Below are positions 20,297-30,762 of a stretch of 64,000 nt of DNA, in pieces. Origin of the DNA: Candidatus Acidiferrales bacterium (lineage in GTDB: Bacteria > Acidobacteriota > Terriglobia > Acidiferrales > UBA7541). The stretch's first letter is position 1. Each line of letters opens with the position of its first letter. A program made the translations under genes and the position numbers. The stretch lies in the NCBI GenBank assembly GCA_963792145.1, contig CAWBVH010000052.1, positions 33,916 to 97,915 on the forward strand, read 5' to 3'. A model generated the notes under the pieces. The model ran no database searches. It was not told where the DNA came from and saw nothing but the letters and a program-made list of their open reading frames with translations.

Positions 20297-22093
20297 ATGT
20301 CCACATCCCGCAGGCAATTCCTGACCGAGACTTCTCTGGGACTGATCGGCGCCGCCGCCAAGCTTCACGCCAAACCGCAGGACCCCACAAAGCTGCCGCC
20401 CGGCGCGCCGTCCGCGTTCGGCGCAGGTCCCGGTGCTGGTCCCGAAGTGAGTGCCAAAACATTTGGCGAAGCGGAAAAGCTGGTTCAAGTGGAGTTGACT
20501 CCCGCCGACCGCCAACTTGCTGCGGACAGTTGGCGGCAAACCATGGCGGCGTTGTACGAGCGCCGTAGCGGGCCGCGAAAGTTGGCGCTGGAGCCAACGC
20601 TGGCGCCTTATTCGCATGTCGACTCCGTGTTGCCGGGCGAGAAGGCCGGACCGGCGAGCAATCGCTTTGTGCGTAGTGCGGCCGATCCTGGCCCGTTACC
20701 AGCCAACGATGCTGACATCGCGTTCGCCGGCGTGGCGCAGCTTTCACGATGGATTCAGTCGCGCAAGCTCACTTCGACGCGCTTGACGGAAATTTATCTT
20801 CGCCGCATCGAACAGTACGACCCCAAACTACGCTGCGTGATTACGTTGACGCGCGAGCACGCACTGGTCCAAGCCAAACAAGCGGACGCGGAAATTGCCG
20901 CAGGAAAATATCGCGGAGCCCTTCATGGAATACCGTGGGGCGGAAAAGATCTGTTGGACACCGCGGGAATTCCTACGACGTATGGAGCCGAGCCCTATCG
21001 CCACCGCGTCCCCGAGCACGACGCGGCTGTAGTGAAGCGGCTGAACGACGCTGGAGCGGTGCTGATTGCCAAACTGAGCTTGGGCGCGCTGGCACTGAAC
21101 GATATCTGGTTCGGCGGACAGACGATGAATCCGTGGCTGCTGGAGGAGGGTTCGTCGGGCTCCAGCGCCGGGCCGGGCGCGGCCACCGCGGCGGGACTGG
21201 TGGGGTTCGCGATCGGCAGCGAAACAGGAGGCAGCATCGTCAGCCCTAGCATGCGTTGCGGAGTGACGGGATTACGCCCGACGTATGGCCGCGTGCCTCG
21301 CACCGGCGCGATGACGCTGTGCTGGTCGCTGGACAAGCTGGGGCCGATGACGCGCAGCGTGGAAGACGCAATGCTCGTGCTGCAAGCTATTTCAGGGCCG
21401 GACCCGGGCGACGTTGCCAGCGTGCCGTGCAAGCTGGATTTCGATGCGGCGGCACCGGTGAAGGGTCTGCGCGTTGGTTACTTCCCTGCCTGGATGAAAC
21501 AGAATCCGGCGACGGACGTTGATCGTGCTGCGCTGGCGACGTTGCCAAAGCTGGGCATGGTTCCCGTCGAAGTAGCGCTTCCCGACTGGCCCTACGGCAC
21601 GCTCAATTTGATTTTATTCGCAGAAGGCGCGGCTTCATTCGAGGAGCTGACGCTCGGGCATGACATCGATCAACTAAAGATGCAGACGCTGGACTCGTGG
21701 CCGAATCTTTTCCGGCAGGCGCGATTTCTGTCGGCGGTGGATTTTGTGCAGACAGATCGTTTTCGCCGAAAGGTAGCGGAACAAATGGCGGAACTGTTTA
21801 CAAAAGTGGATCTGCTGCTGGTTCCCTCGCTGCGCGACGAGATTCTCACCATCACCAACAACACCGGGCATCCTTCGTTGACGCTGCGCGCGGGGTTCGT
21901 TGAAGTTGGCGAGGCGCGCAGCGATTGGGCGCCTGATCCGCGGCATCCGCTGCCGAAATTCTCGCCGCCACGTCGAGTGCCGCATGGCGTTACGCTGATC
22001 GGCCGCCTGTTCGACGAAGGCACAGTAGCGCAGGCAGGCTTGGCGCTGGAACGAGCATTTGGCGTGGCTTCGCAGCGTCCCCCCGGCTTTTGA
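20297..22093 (+). CDS. Amidase-signature family enzyme with Tat signal
   Basis: MSTSRRQFL twin-arginine, LHGIPWGGKD, GSSGSSAG, IGSETGGSI.SP...CG.TGLRPT.GRV. SD GGAGG. Confidence 0.92.
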   Translation: MSTSRRQFLTETSLGLIGAAAKLHAKPQDPTKLPPGAPSAFGAGPGAGPEVSAKTFGEAEKLVQVELTPADRQLAADSWRQTMAALYERRSGPRKLALEPTLAPYSHVDSVLPGEKAGPASNRFVRSAADPGPLPANDADIAFAGVAQLSRWIQSRKLTSTRLTEIYLRRIEQYDPKLRCVITLTREHALVQAKQADAEIAAGKYRGALHGIPWGGKDLLDTAGIPTTYGAEPYRHRVPEHDAAVVKRLNDAGAVLIAKLSLGALALNDIWFGGQTMNPWLLEEGSSGSSAGPGAATAAGLVGFAIGSETGGSIVSPSMRCGVTGLRPTYGRVPRTGAMTLCWSLDKLGPMTRSVEDAMLVLQAISGPDPGDVASVPCKLDFDAAAPVKGLRVGYFPAWMKQNPATDVDRAALATLPKLGMVPVEVALPDWPYGTLNLILFAEGAASFEELTLGHDIDQLKMQTLDSWPNLFRQARFLSAVDFVQTDRFRRKVAEQMAELFTKVDLLLVPSLRDEILTITNNTGHPSLTLRAGFVEVGEARSDWAPDPRHPLPKFSPPRRVPHGVTLIGRLFDEGTVAQAGLALERAFGVASQRPPGF

Positions 22094-22135
22094 CCGAGAT
22101 GCCGGCGATAATTTCGGCGAATAATTGCAGCTTCA

Positions 22136-22165
22136 AAAGCGGTGGAGAGCCACCGCACTCCAAAA
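22136..22165. repeat. REP-like palindrome with GGAG foot
   Basis: AAA-GCGGTGG-AGAG-CCACCGC-ACTCC-AAAA between convergent genes. Confidence 0.5.
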
Positions 22166-22198
22166 CAAAAAGCCCGCCGCGGTTTCCCGAAGCGGGCT
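22162..22198 (-). terminator. Rho-independent terminator of the alpha operon (after rplQ)
   Basis: Minus strand AGCCCGC-TTCGGGAAACCGCG-GCGGGCT-TTTTGTTTT. Confidence 0.8.
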
Positions 22199-22224
22199 GA
22201 AGAATGTTGAGTTGTGGAGGCCGC

Positions 22225-22644
22225 TTAGCTTTTGGCTTCGACGGCTTCTTCGACTTTGCTCTTCTCTTTCTTTTCCTTCTTCTTGAACTCGTAGGTGACG
22301 AGTTCAAGAATGGCCACCTTCGCGCCATCGCCGACGCGGATGCCTGCGGGAATAATCCGCGTGTAGCCGCCCGCGCGATCCGCAAATTTCGGCGCGATTT
22401 CGCTGAAGAGCTTCTTGGTAACGGCGGGCGTCATGATATAGCTGGCTGCCTGGCGCCGCGCCTGCAAAGTGTCTTTCTTGCCGAGGGTGATCATCTTTTC
22501 CGCTACGGGCCGCGTTGCCTTGGCGCGCGTGAGCGTGGTGGTGATCCGTCCGTGCTCGAAGAGGTTGGTGACCAGGTTGCGCAACGTCGCGCGGCGGTGC
22601 CACGGGTTGCGTCCGAGTTTTGAGCCTGACTTCAGATGTCGCAT
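22225..22644 (-). CDS. rplQ: 50S ribosomal protein L17
   Basis: [29 protein letters not shown]. Confidence 0.98.
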   Translation of the reverse strand: MRHLKSGSKLGRNPWHRRATLRNLVTNLFEHGRITTTLTRAKATRPVAEKMITLGKKDTLQARRQAASYIMTPAVTKKLFSEIAPKFADRAGGYTRIIPAGIRVGDGAKVAILELVTYEFKKKEKKEKSKVEEAVEAKS

Positions 22645-22661
22645 CGTTTGTCCCTTTAAAA

Positions 22662-22783
22662 AGTTCTCAGTTGTAACTTGTAAGTTCTAAGTTTTGAGTC
22701 AAACCAAGAACCCGTGTTCTCTGGAATCCGCTCGAAATCCTAAGCGTCCGAAACTTATTACTGAAGACTGGTAACTTAAGACT
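22662..22783. repeat. Inverted heptamer tandem-repeat array (rpoA-rplQ junction)
   Basis: mRNA sense AGTCTTA AGTTACC AGTCTTC AGTAATA AGTTTCG ... ACTCAAA ACTTAGA ACTTACA AGTTACA ACTGAGA ACTT, then SD. Confidence 0.85.
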
Positions 22784-22785
22784 CG

Positions 22786-23814
22786 CTATAGGCCGACGGA
22801 CTCGTCGGAACTCGGCATAGAAGTCTGGCTGGGGAGCGGCGGCCAGATAATGCGGCCGTGCTCATCAAACTTCATGCCCAGGCTGAGGCCCATCTTCACC
22901 AGTATATCTTTGATCTCGTTGAGCGATTTGCGGCCGAAGTTCTTGGTCTTCAGCATTTCGTTTTCGCTCTTCTGCACGAGCTCGCGGATGGACTGAATGT
23001 TGGCGTTCTTCAGGCAATTGTAGCTGCGCACGGAAAGCTCCAGCTCTTCCACGGAGCGGTCCAGGTGCTCGAGGCGCGGATCGTGAACGATGTCCTGAGG
23101 CAGCTCGACATTGTCGACCGGCTCTTCGAAGTTGATGAAGATGGTCATGTGATCCTTCACCAGCTTCGCGGCATAGCCAATCGCGTCCTGCGGCGTAAGC
23201 GCTCCATTCGTCCACACTTCCAGCATCAGCTTTTCGTAGTCGGTCATCTGCCCAAGGCGGGCCGATTCCACCGAGTAGTTCACCTTGCGCACCGGCGAGT
23301 GCACGCTGTCCACCGGAATATACCCGATGGGCAGGTCTTCATCGTAGTTGCGGTCAGCGGCCACATACCCGCGGCCGTTCTTGACGCGCATTTCGATCTG
23401 CAGCTTGCCGCCTTCACTGACGGTGGCGATGTACACGCTCTTGTCGAGGACCGCGAAGTCCGCGTCTTCCTCGATCTGTGCGCTGGTGACCACGCCAGGC
23501 TGCTCGACGTTCAGGTAGATGGTCTTCGGCAGGTCGTTATTCAGCTTGATGGGCACCTGCTTCAGGTTCAGGATGATATCCGTGGCATCCTCAACCACAC
23601 CGGGAATCGAAGAAAACTCGTGCAACACGCCTTCGATTTTTACCGCGGTGATCGCCGCACCCTCAATGGAGCTCAGCAGCGCGCGCCGCAGTGCATTCCC
23701 AACCGTTGTGCCCCAGCCGCGCTCGAATGGCTGCGCGGAGAACCGCCCGTACTGCTCAGTGAGCGATTCCGGCTCAGATGCGAGACGCTTCGGTTTTTGA
23801 AATCCCTTCCACAT
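22786..23814 (-). CDS. rpoA: RNA polymerase alpha subunit
   Basis: [47 protein letters not shown]. Confidence 0.99.
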   Translation of the reverse strand: MWKGFQKPKRLASEPESLTEQYGRFSAQPFERGWGTTVGNALRRALLSSIEGAAITAVKIEGVLHEFSSIPGVVEDATDIILNLKQVPIKLNNDLPKTIYLNVEQPGVVTSAQIEEDADFAVLDKSVYIATVSEGGKLQIEMRVKNGRGYVAADRNYDEDLPIGYIPVDSVHSPVRKVNYSVESARLGQMTDYEKLMLEVWTNGALTPQDAIGYAAKLVKDHMTIFINFEEPVDNVELPQDIVHDPRLEHLDRSVEELELSVRSYNCLKNANIQSIRELVQKSENEMLKTKNFGRKSLNEIKDILVKMGLSLGMKFDEHGRIIWPPLPSQTSMPSSDESVGL

Positions 23815-23865
23815 CGTGTTCCTTCCTTCTGCGGTTAGCTGTAACTAACCGCCAAAAACTCTTCA

Positions 23866-23930
23866 AAGTTCCAAGTTATAAGTGCTAAGTATTAAGTAGA
23901 AATTCGCTATGAACTTAAAACTTAGAACTA
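23866..23930. repeat. Inverted heptamer array (rpsD-rpoA junction)
   Basis: Plus strand AAGTTCC AAGTTAT AAGTGCT AAGTATT AAGT...GAACTTA AAACTTA GAACTA. The rpsD stop is inside the first unit. Confidence 0.8.
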
Positions 23931-24560
23931 CTTCGAATACAGCTCGACGATGAGCTGCTCGTTGATGGGCGGCGTCTGCACGTCTTCGCGCTTCGGCAGG
24001 GCCACCACCTTGGCCTTGAACTGCTCGCGCTCCTGCTCCAGCCACGGCACGGCGCTCTGGCTTTGCGCAACGTTGCGCGCTTCCAGGACCATGGCGTTCT
24101 GGTGCATCTTTTCTTTGATGGCGATTTCTTCGCCCACGTTCACCTGGTACGACGGGATGTTCACTTTCTTCCCGTTGATCCGCACGTGACCGTGGAGCAC
24201 CAGTTGGCGCGCCTGGGAACGGGAGGACGCCAAGCCTGCGCGCCACACCGTGTTATCCAAACGTCGCTCCAGCATGATGATCAGGTTTTCACCCGTCGGG
24301 CCCTTGGCGCGTTCCGCTTTTTCAAAATAATTGCGGAACTGACGTTCAAGCAGACCGTAGGTGCGCTTGGTCTTCTGTTTCTCGCGCAGTTGCAGGCCGT
24401 AGCCGGCAACCTTGGCGCGCCGCGACTGCCCGTGCTGTCCCGGTACAAAGTTACGCTTCTCAATCGCGCACTTGTCCGTGAAGCACCGCAGGCCTTTTAG
24501 AAATAGTTTCTGCCCTTCCCGGCGGCACAGGCGGCAGACTGCATCTCGATGTCTTGCCAA
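23928..24560 (-). CDS. rpsD: 30S ribosomal protein S4 (zinc-type)
   Basis: CRLCRREG, PGQHG, YGLQLREKQK, LERRLDN, NEQLIVELYSK. TTG start. Confidence 0.98.
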   Translation of the reverse strand: MARHRDAVCRLCRREGQKLFLKGLRCFTDKCAIEKRNFVPGQHGQSRRAKVAGYGLQLREKQKTKRTYGLLERQFRNYFEKAERAKGPTGENLIIMLERRLDNTVWRAGLASSRSQARQLVLHGHVRINGKKVNIPSYQVNVGEEIAIKEKMHQNAMVLEARNVAQSQSAVPWLEQEREQFKAKVVALPKREDVQTPPINEQLIVELYSK

Positions 24561-24602
24561 CTTCTATTCTCCCTTCAGCAAACTGTTCGAAAACCGTTTT
24601 CA

Positions 24603-24636
24603 AAAACCCTCAGGTCCCAAAGGCCTGAGCTACAGG
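24603..24636. repeat. GTAG-type REP palindrome (rpsK-rpsD junction)
   Basis: AAAACCCTCAGGTCCCAAAGGCCTGAGCTACAGG, near-identical to 58572-58604. Confidence 0.7.
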
Positions 24637-24644
24637 CGCGGGGC

Positions 24645-25103
24645 TCAGACGCGGCGGCGCTTCGGCGGACGGCAGCCATTGTGCGGCATGGGCGTGACGT
24701 CGCGAATGGCCACAATGTGCAATCCCGCGGCAGCCAGGGCGCGTACGGCGGACTCGCGGCCGGAGCCTGGACCCTTCACCTTGACTTCCACGCTCTTCAT
24801 CCCGAACTGGTCGCGAGCGGTGCCGGCGGCAGACAACGAAGCCTGCTGCGCGGCGTACGGCGTGCCCTTGCGCGAACCCTTGAAGCCGATAGCGCCGGCG
24901 GAGGACCAGCAAAGCGTGCGGCCATCCGGATCGGTGATGCTGATCTGCGTATTGTTGAACGACGCAGCCACATACACGATGCCGTGCGGCACCACGCGGC
25001 GCTCTTTCTTCTTCTTGAATTCCTTTTTGCGTTTACCCGCAGCCGCTCCCGGCTTCGCTGGTACTGCTGCTGCGTCGGGTGCTGCGTTCTGCTCTTTAGC
25101 CAC
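24645..25103 (-). CDS. rpsK: 30S ribosomal protein S11 with N-terminal extension
   Basis: [46 protein letters not shown]. Confidence 0.98.
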   Translation of the reverse strand: MAKEQNAAPDAAAVPAKPGAAAGKRKKEFKKKKERRVVPHGIVYVAASFNNTQISITDPDGRTLCWSSAGAIGFKGSRKGTPYAAQQASLSAAGTARDQFGMKSVEVKVKGPGSGRESAVRALAAAGLHIVAIRDVTPMPHNGCRPPKRRRV

Positions 25104-25125
25104 GTTTCACTCCAATGAGTTACCT

Positions 25126-25145
25126 AAAACTTAAACTAAGAACTA
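25126..25145. repeat. Short heptamer-like array (rpsM-rpsK junction)
   Basis: AAAACTT AAACTA AGAACTA. Confidence 0.45.
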
Positions 25146-25147
25146 CC

Positions 25148-25537
25148 TCAGCCCTTCTTGCCCTTAATCTGCTTCTTGCCGGCAACGGCGCCACGGCGCG
25201 GCCCCTTGCGCGTGCGCGCATTGGTGTGCGTGCGCTGCCCGCGAACCGGAAGATTGCGGCGGTGACGAATCCCGCGATACGCCTGAACTTCAATCAGGCG
25301 GCGGATGTTCATCTGGATCTCTTTGCGGAGATCGCCCTCCACGCGGCCTTCCTGCTCGATGACGTTACGGATGCGGTTGACTTCGTCCTCAGTCAAGTCG
25401 CGAATCTTTTTCGTGAAATCGACATTGGCCTTTTCGGCAATGCTCTTCGCGCGCACCTGCCCGATGCCATAGATCGACGTCAACCCGACCCAAAGGCGCT
25501 TTTGCGGCGGAAGATCAACACCTGCGATACGTGCCAT
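25148..25537 (-). CDS. rpsM: 30S ribosomal protein S13
   Basis: [46 protein letters not shown]. Confidence 0.98.
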   Translation of the reverse strand: MARIAGVDLPPQKRLWVGLTSIYGIGQVRAKSIAEKANVDFTKKIRDLTEDEVNRIRNVIEQEGRVEGDLRKEIQMNIRRLIEVQAYRGIRHRRNLPVRGQRTHTNARTRKGPRRGAVAGKKQIKGKKG

Positions 25538-25553
25538 GTTTTTCTGTCCTCTC

Positions 25554-25589
25554 AAAAACTAATTACTAAAAACTTACAACAGACAACTG
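25554..25589. repeat. Heptamer array (rpmJ-rpsM junction)
   Basis: AAAACTA ATTACTA AAAACTT ACAACAG ACAACTG. Confidence 0.7.
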
Positions 25590-25590
25590 C

Positions 25591-25704
25591 TTATCCCTGC
25601 CGCTGTTTGTGCTTCGGGTTTACGCAAATCACCCGAACCACACCGCGGCGATGGATCACCTTGCACTTGTCACAAATCTTTTTTACGCTTGCCCGAACTT
25701 TCAT
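25591..25704 (-). CDS. rpmJ: 50S ribosomal protein L36 (not in ORF track, 37 aa)
   Basis: Hand translation [44 protein letters not shown]. Confidence 0.98.
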   Translation of the reverse strand: MKVRASVKKICDKCKVIHRRGVVRVICVNPKHKQRQG

Positions 25705-25721
25705 ACTGCTTGCTCCTATTT

Positions 25722-25745
25722 GGCCGCCTGAAGGTAGCCGCTACA
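25722..25745. repeat. GTAG-type REP-like palindrome (infA-rpmJ junction)
   Basis: Minus strand GTAGC-GGCTACC-TTCA-GGCGGCC: same GTAG foot and TTCA loop as the 58572 copy. Confidence 0.55.
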
Positions 25746-25771
25746 AAACTCGATACGCCCAAACCTGGCCG

Positions 25772-26035
25772 CTACTTGTAGCGGTAGACAATCCGCCCAC
25801 GAGTCAGGTCGTAAGGCGAAAGCTCCACCGCGACCTTGTCTCCCGCAAGAATGCGGATGAAATTCTTTCTCATCTTGCCGGAGACATGCGCCAGCACCTG
25901 GTGCTTGTTCTCCAGCTCCACGCGAAACATCGCGTTGGGCAGCGGTTCAATGACCGTGGCCATGACCTCAATCGCGTCCTCTTTGGGATTACCAGAGTCG
26001 CCTTTCTTTTTGTCTTCAAACGGCTGCTTCGCCAT
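25772..26035 (-). CDS. infA: Translation initiation factor IF-1 with N-terminal extension
   Basis: [50 protein letters not shown] before ATG 26035. Confidence 0.98.
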   Translation of the reverse strand: MAKQPFEDKKKGDSGNPKEDAIEVMATVIEPLPNAMFRVELENKHQVLAHVSGKMRKNFIRILAGDKVAVELSPYDLTRGRIVYRYK

Positions 26036-26046
26036 ATGCTCCTGTT

Positions 26047-26124
26047 GTCGTAAGTCGTAAGTTCAAAGTAATAAGTTCTAAGTAAGGCGATTTCCTTACT
26101 ACTTAAAACTTACAACTTAGAACT
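26047..26124. repeat. Inverted heptamer array (map-infA junction)
   Basis: mRNA sense AGTTCTA AGTTGTA AGTTTTA AGT AGTAAGG-AAATCG-CCTTACT TAGAACT TATTACT TTGAACT TACGACT, then SD. Confidence 0.85.
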
Positions 26125-26130
26125 TTCTTC

Positions 26131-26904
26131 TCACCAGCTCGGCCCGGTCATGTCCTTCGGCCGGGTCAAAATCCAAGGCCCGTTCGCGGTTACGGCGATG
26201 GTGTGCTCGAAATGCGCCGACGGACTGCCATCGGCCGTTTCCGCCACCCATTCGCCACGCATCTGCACTTCCGGACGGCCAGCGTTCACCATCGGTTCGA
26301 CGGCGATGACCATGCCTTCCTGCAAACGCGGACCGCGTCCCGGCTCACCGTAGTTCGGGAGGTTGGGCTCATCGTGCATCTTGGTGCCAATGCCGTGACC
26401 CACAAATTCCCGCACTACCGAATAACCGTGCAGTTCCACCCAGCTCTGCACCGCGTGGCCGACATCGCCAAGGCGGTTGCCCGGGCGCATCTTGTCGATC
26501 GCGCGATCCAGCGATTCGCGAGTCACATCGAGGAGCTTCTGCAGCTCAGGGCCGATGTGTCCCACGGGCACGGTAACCGCCGAATCCCCGAAGTAACCGT
26601 CGACCTCCATGCCAAAGTCGATGGATACGATGTCGCCCTCGCGCAACTTGCGTTTGGCCGACGGTATCCCGTGTACGATCTCGCTGTTCACCGAAGTGCA
26701 CAGCACGCAGGGATACCCGCGATAACCCTTGAACGCCGCCTTGCCCGGACCCTTGGCGATGATCTCCTCGGCTTGCTGCTCGAGGTCCATCGTGGTCATT
26801 CCAGGTTTGACGGCGTCACGAAGTTTGTTCAGGACTTCGTGAACTACCTGGCCCGCCCGGTACATCTTTTCCAGTTCCGCGGCGCTCCGTAATTGAATGG
26901 CCAT
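26131..26904 (-). CDS. map: Methionine aminopeptidase, type I
   Basis: CTSVN.EIVHGIP, GDIVSIDFG, GDSAVT, GHGIG..MHDEP, EPMVN, SAHFEHT. Confidence 0.97.
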   Translation of the reverse strand: MAIQLRSAAELEKMYRAGQVVHEVLNKLRDAVKPGMTTMDLEQQAEEIIAKGPGKAAFKGYRGYPCVLCTSVNSEIVHGIPSAKRKLREGDIVSIDFGMEVDGYFGDSAVTVPVGHIGPELQKLLDVTRESLDRAIDKMRPGNRLGDVGHAVQSWVELHGYSVVREFVGHGIGTKMHDEPNLPNYGEPGRGPRLQEGMVIAVEPMVNAGRPEVQMRGEWVAETADGSPSAHFEHTIAVTANGPWILTRPKDMTGPSW

Positions 26905-26905
26905 C

Positions 26906-27601
26906 TTACCGCGCTCCGCGAATACTAGCCAAAGCCTGCAGGATGTCCGCTTGCACTTCCTCGACGCTCTTGCGCGCATCGACGTCGTAAAGAAACCCAA
27001 GCCGCCGGTAGTACGTCACCAGGGGCGCGGTCTGTTTCTCGTACGCCTGCAACCTTGGCTTTACGACTTCTTCGCGATCGTCAGGCCGCTGGTACAGCTC
27101 GCCGCCATCGATATCGCAAATTCCCTCGACCTTCGGCGGACGATCGAAAATATTGTAAATCTCGCCGCACTTCTTACAGATCCTTCGCCCGGTCAACCGC
27201 CGCATGAGCACCGAGTGACCGATGACCATGTGAATCACAAACGGCTGATGCAAGCCATTCTGCTTCAGCAATTCACCCAGATACTTCGCCTGGGTGACGG
27301 TTCGCGGAAAACCGTCAAACACGCAACCGTGAGCACAATCGGGCCGCTCGATGCGCTCCGCGACCATCTTCAAAACCACCGAGTCCGGCACCAGTTCGCC
27401 GCGCTCCATCAGCGGCTTGGCCTTCAATCCCAGCGGCGTGCCCTTGGCGACGTGTTCGCGAAGCATGTCGCCCGTCGAAAGATGCGGAATGCCAAACTTT
27501 CTGGCCAGCTCTTTCGCCTGCGTGCCTTTCCCGGAGCCCGGAGGCCCGAGAAAAATTACCGCGCGGTCGAGTTTTCCGACAGGACGCTCTTGCAGCGCCA
27601 C
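26906..27601 (-). CDS. adk: Adenylate kinase (long, zinc LID)
   Basis: GPPGSGKGTQA, STGDMLR, GELVPD, FDGFPR, CKKC...CDID, RPDD. GTG 27601 after SD AAGGGAG. Confidence 0.97.
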   Translation of the reverse strand: MALQERPVGKLDRAVIFLGPPGSGKGTQAKELARKFGIPHLSTGDMLREHVAKGTPLGLKAKPLMERGELVPDSVVLKMVAERIERPDCAHGCVFDGFPRTVTQAKYLGELLKQNGLHQPFVIHMVIGHSVLMRRLTGRRICKKCGEIYNIFDRPPKVEGICDIDGGELYQRPDDREEVVKPRLQAYEKQTAPLVTYYRRLGFLYDVDARKSVEEVQADILQALASIRGAR

Positions 27602-27614
27602 GATGTCGTCTCCC

Positions 27615-29018
27615 TTAGCGGCGGCCGCGCAAACGGCCCTTCCGCGCAAAACCCTCATAGTTGCGCATGACGAGTTGTGCCTCCAACTGCTGCACGGTGT
27701 CCATCGCCACGCCGACCACGATCAAGAGAGAGGTACCGCCAAAGTAAAACTGCACGCCAAGTCCGTTCAAAATCCACTGCGGCCAACGGTCGAACCAGTT
27801 GCCGCCCAGCCATGTGGGCAGGTGATTCAGGTGGATACCGGCAATCATCCATTCCGGAAGCAAGCAAACCAGCGCCAAATACACCGCGCCGATAAACGTC
27901 AGCCGCTTCAAGATCATGCTGACGTATTCCGAGGTGCTGCGCCCGGGACGAATCCCCGGAATGAAGCCGCCATTCTTGCGCATGTTGTCGGCGAGTTCCG
28001 TGGGATTGAACACGATGCCGACATAGAAAAACGCAAACAAGATAATCAGCGAAACATAGATGAGCGTGTACAGCGGTTCGCCCCACTTCAGCTTTTCCGC
28101 GATGTTCTTGACGAACGGCCAACGCGAGCCCAGCATCAGCGCGGCGGTCGCAGGAAATGCCAGCAACGAGCTTGCGAAAATCGGCGGAATTACGCCGCCG
28201 GAATTCACGCGCAGGGGAAGATACGTGGATTGACCGCCCATCATACGGCGTCCTACCACGCGCTTGGCGTACTGCACTGGGATGCGACGCTGCGCACCCT
28301 CGACAAACACGATGAAGGCCACGACGGCAATCATCAACATGACCAGGAGAATGATGGCCAGCGGCGTAAACGCGCCCCAAGCCTGCGTCTTGGCCTTTTC
28401 ATACAGGTCGAAGATGCCGCGGGGGAGACCGACCACGATGCCGACGAAAATGATGAGCGACATGCCATTGCCGATGCCGCGGTCGCTGATCTGCTCGCCC
28501 AGCCACATGATGAAGGCAGAGCCGGTGGTCAGCGTCAGGATCGTCATCAGCACGAAGGGCAATCCCGGATGATAAACGAGCGACTGGCCAGCAAGGGATT
28601 GCGACTGCAAGGCTGTCGCGATGGTGGTGGACTGCACGATGCTAAGAACAATCGTCAAGTAGCGCGTGTACTGCGTGATCTTGCGGCGGCCGAGTTCGCC
28701 TTCTTTTTGCAGGCGCTCCAAGTACGGGAACACCACGGTCATCAACTGCAGGATGATCGACGAGGTGATGTACGGCATGATGCCAAGGGCGAAAATCGTC
28801 ATACGGCGGGCATTGCCTCCGCTGAACAGATCGAAGATGCCCAGCATGGAGCCCGCAGCCTGCTTGAATAATTCCGTCAACACACCCGTGTTGATCCCAG
28901 GCGTGGGAATGTGCGCACCGAGCCGATAGACCGCGAGGAGTCCCAGCGTAAAGAACAGCCGGTTCCTCAGATCTTCGATCCGGAAGAGATTCGCGAATGC
29001 GTTCAAGAATCGGTTCAT
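27615..29018 (-). CDS. secY: Preprotein translocase SecY
   Basis: IFALGIMPYI, WLGEQI..GIGNG.S, GVIPPIFA, IPGIRPG, GGTSLLIVVGV. Confidence 0.99.
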   Translation of the reverse strand: MNRFLNAFANLFRIEDLRNRLFFTLGLLAVYRLGAHIPTPGINTGVLTELFKQAAGSMLGIFDLFSGGNARRMTIFALGIMPYITSSIILQLMTVVFPYLERLQKEGELGRRKITQYTRYLTIVLSIVQSTTIATALQSQSLAGQSLVYHPGLPFVLMTILTLTTGSAFIMWLGEQISDRGIGNGMSLIIFVGIVVGLPRGIFDLYEKAKTQAWGAFTPLAIILLVMLMIAVVAFIVFVEGAQRRIPVQYAKRVVGRRMMGGQSTYLPLRVNSGGVIPPIFASSLLAFPATAALMLGSRWPFVKNIAEKLKWGEPLYTLIYVSLIILFAFFYVGIVFNPTELADNMRKNGGFIPGIRPGRSTSEYVSMILKRLTFIGAVYLALVCLLPEWMIAGIHLNHLPTWLGGNWFDRWPQWILNGLGVQFYFGGTSLLIVVGVAMDTVQQLEAQLVMRNYEGFARKGRLRGRR

Positions 29019-29040
29019 GCGGATTCCTCGGGTAACCCGA

Positions 29041-29517
29041 TTACGCTACCACCTCAAACGTGCCGCCAGCCTTGGTGATCTTCTCCTTGGCCGCGGCGCT
29101 GAATGCATGAGCGTGAATGGTGAGCTTGGTCTTCAACTCGCCATCGCCCAAAACCTTGATGGGATCCGTGGCGCGGCGGATGAAGCCATGCGCGCGCAGC
29201 AGTTCCGGTGTGACTGTTTCGCCCGCGGGAAACACGTTCAGTTCCTCGAGGTTGACCACCGAATAGGAAACCCCAAACGGATTGTGGAAGCCGCGCTTCG
29301 GTATGCGCCGATGCAGCGGCATCTGTCCGCCTTCAAACCCACGGCGTCGCGAATATCCCCGCCGGGACTTCTGTCCCTTGTTGCCGCTGCCCGCGGTCTT
29401 GCCCAGCTTCGAGCCCATACCGCGGCCCACACGCACTTTGCGTTTGCGCGAGCCCTTGGGCGGGTGCAGCACCGAGAGAGAAACGGTGTTATGTTCTTTC
29501 TTGCCTTTGTCAGCCAT
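29041..29517 (-). CDS. rplO: 50S ribosomal protein L15
   Basis: [32 protein letters not shown]. Confidence 0.98.
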   Translation of the reverse strand: MADKGKKEHNTVSLSVLHPPKGSRKRKVRVGRGMGSKLGKTAGSGNKGQKSRRGYSRRRGFEGGQMPLHRRIPKRGFHNPFGVSYSVVNLEELNVFPAGETVTPELLRAHGFIRRATDPIKVLGDGELKTKLTIHAHAFSAAAKEKITKAGGTFEVVA

Positions 29518-29520
29518 AAG

Positions 29521-29727
29521 TTATTTCACCACTTCCACGAGATGGCGCACTTTGTGGATCATGCCGCGAATCGCCGGCGTGTCCTCGCGCTCGACCACCT
29601 GATGCAATCTGCGCAGCCCCAGGCCGCGAATCGTCGCCCGCATATCATCGGTGCAACTGATGAAGCTCACCACCCACTTCACTTTTACGGTTCCCGCGCT
29701 CTTCGCGCTTTTCTTTTCGCCTGCCAT
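29521..29727 (-). CDS. rpmD: 50S ribosomal protein L30
   Basis: [23 protein letters not shown]. Position between rpsE and rplO. Confidence 0.96.
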   Translation of the reverse strand: MAGEKKSAKSAGTVKVKWVVSFISCTDDMRATIRGLGLRRLHQVVEREDTPAIRGMIHKVRHLVEVVK

Positions 29728-29730
29728 GAA

Positions 29731-30309
29731 TTATTCCCCCGCCGCCTTTTCTAGCTTCTCTGCTTTTGGCGGGCGGCCGCTGATTTCTTCCAGGGTCTTT
29801 GAGCGTGTTTCCGCAACCTGGTTGGCGTCCTTCAGGCTCAACAGCGCCGCGAAGGTCGCCTTCACTACGTTGTGCGGGTTCGAGGTGCCGAGCGACTTCG
29901 TCAGCACGTTCGCAATGCCCGCCACCTGCATCACCTTGCGCACGGGGCCGCCGGCGATAACGCCAGTGCCTTCCGACGCGGGCTTCAGCAGAACCTGCGC
30001 CGAGCCGTAACGTCCGGTGACCTGGTGGGGAATGCTGGTGCCCTTCAGGTTGAGCTTGATCAGGTTCTTCTTCGCCTGCTCAATGCCCTTCTTGATGGCC
30101 ATGGGAACTTCGCGGGCTTTGCCCATGCCGAAACCCGCGTGGCCGTGGTTGTCTCCCACCACCACAAGCGCAGAAAAGCTCAGGTTCTTGCCGCCCTTGA
30201 CGACCTTGGTGACGCGATTGATCGCGATCACGTCATCCTTCAAATCGGAAGGATTAACTTCCAGGAGCCGCCGTACCGCCAGACTATCGCGCAAAATTTG
30301 CTTCGACAT
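29731..30309 (-). CDS. rpsE: 30S ribosomal protein S5
   Basis: [36 protein letters not shown]. Confidence 0.98.
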   Translation of the reverse strand: MSKQILRDSLAVRRLLEVNPSDLKDDVIAINRVTKVVKGGKNLSFSALVVVGDNHGHAGFGMGKAREVPMAIKKGIEQAKKNLIKLNLKGTSIPHQVTGRYGSAQVLLKPASEGTGVIAGGPVRKVMQVAGIANVLTKSLGTSNPHNVVKATFAALLSLKDANQVAETRSKTLEEISGRPPKAEKLEKAAGE

Positions 30310-30690
30310 TTAGAACTGTAACCCCGCTTCCCGCGCCGCATCCGCGAGCGCCTTGACGCGGCCGTGATACTTATAACCGCCGCGGTCGAACACCACTTTG
30401 CTGACTCCCGCTGCCTTGGCGCGTTCGGCAATGATCTTGCCGATGTTCTTGGCAGCCGCGATGTTGCCACCGCCCTTCAAGCCCTTTTTGGTTTCCTTGT
30501 CGACCGAACTGGCCGAGCACAGCGTGCGGCCGCCACGATCATCGATGACCTGCACGTAGATGTGGCCCACCGAGCGATACACGCACAAACGAGGGCGCTC
30601 CGGGGTGCCGGTAACTTTCGTGCGCACGCGGGCGTGAACCCGCTGGCGATGCGCATCCTTGGACAACTTGCGAACTGGTACCGATGCCAC
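30310..30690 (-). CDS. rplR: 50S ribosomal protein L18
   Basis: [39 protein letters not shown]. Confidence 0.98.
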   Translation of the reverse strand: MASVPVRKLSKDAHRQRVHARVRTKVTGTPERPRLCVYRSVGHIYVQVIDDRGGRTLCSASSVDKETKKGLKGGGNIAAAKNIGKIIAERAKAAGVSKVVFDRGGYKYHGRVKALADAAREAGLQF

Positions 30691-30706
30691 TGTCGTATCT
30701 CCCTTA

Positions 30707-30760
30707 CAGTTTTAAGTTCCACTTTCTTTACCGATAACTTAAAACTGACAACTGAAAACT
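30707..30760. repeat. Inverted heptamer array (rplF-rplR junction)
   Basis: mRNA sense AGTTTTC AGTTGTC AGTTTTA AGTTATC...AACTTAA AACTGTA, then SD AGGGAG. Confidence 0.8.
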
Positions 30761-30762
30761 CT

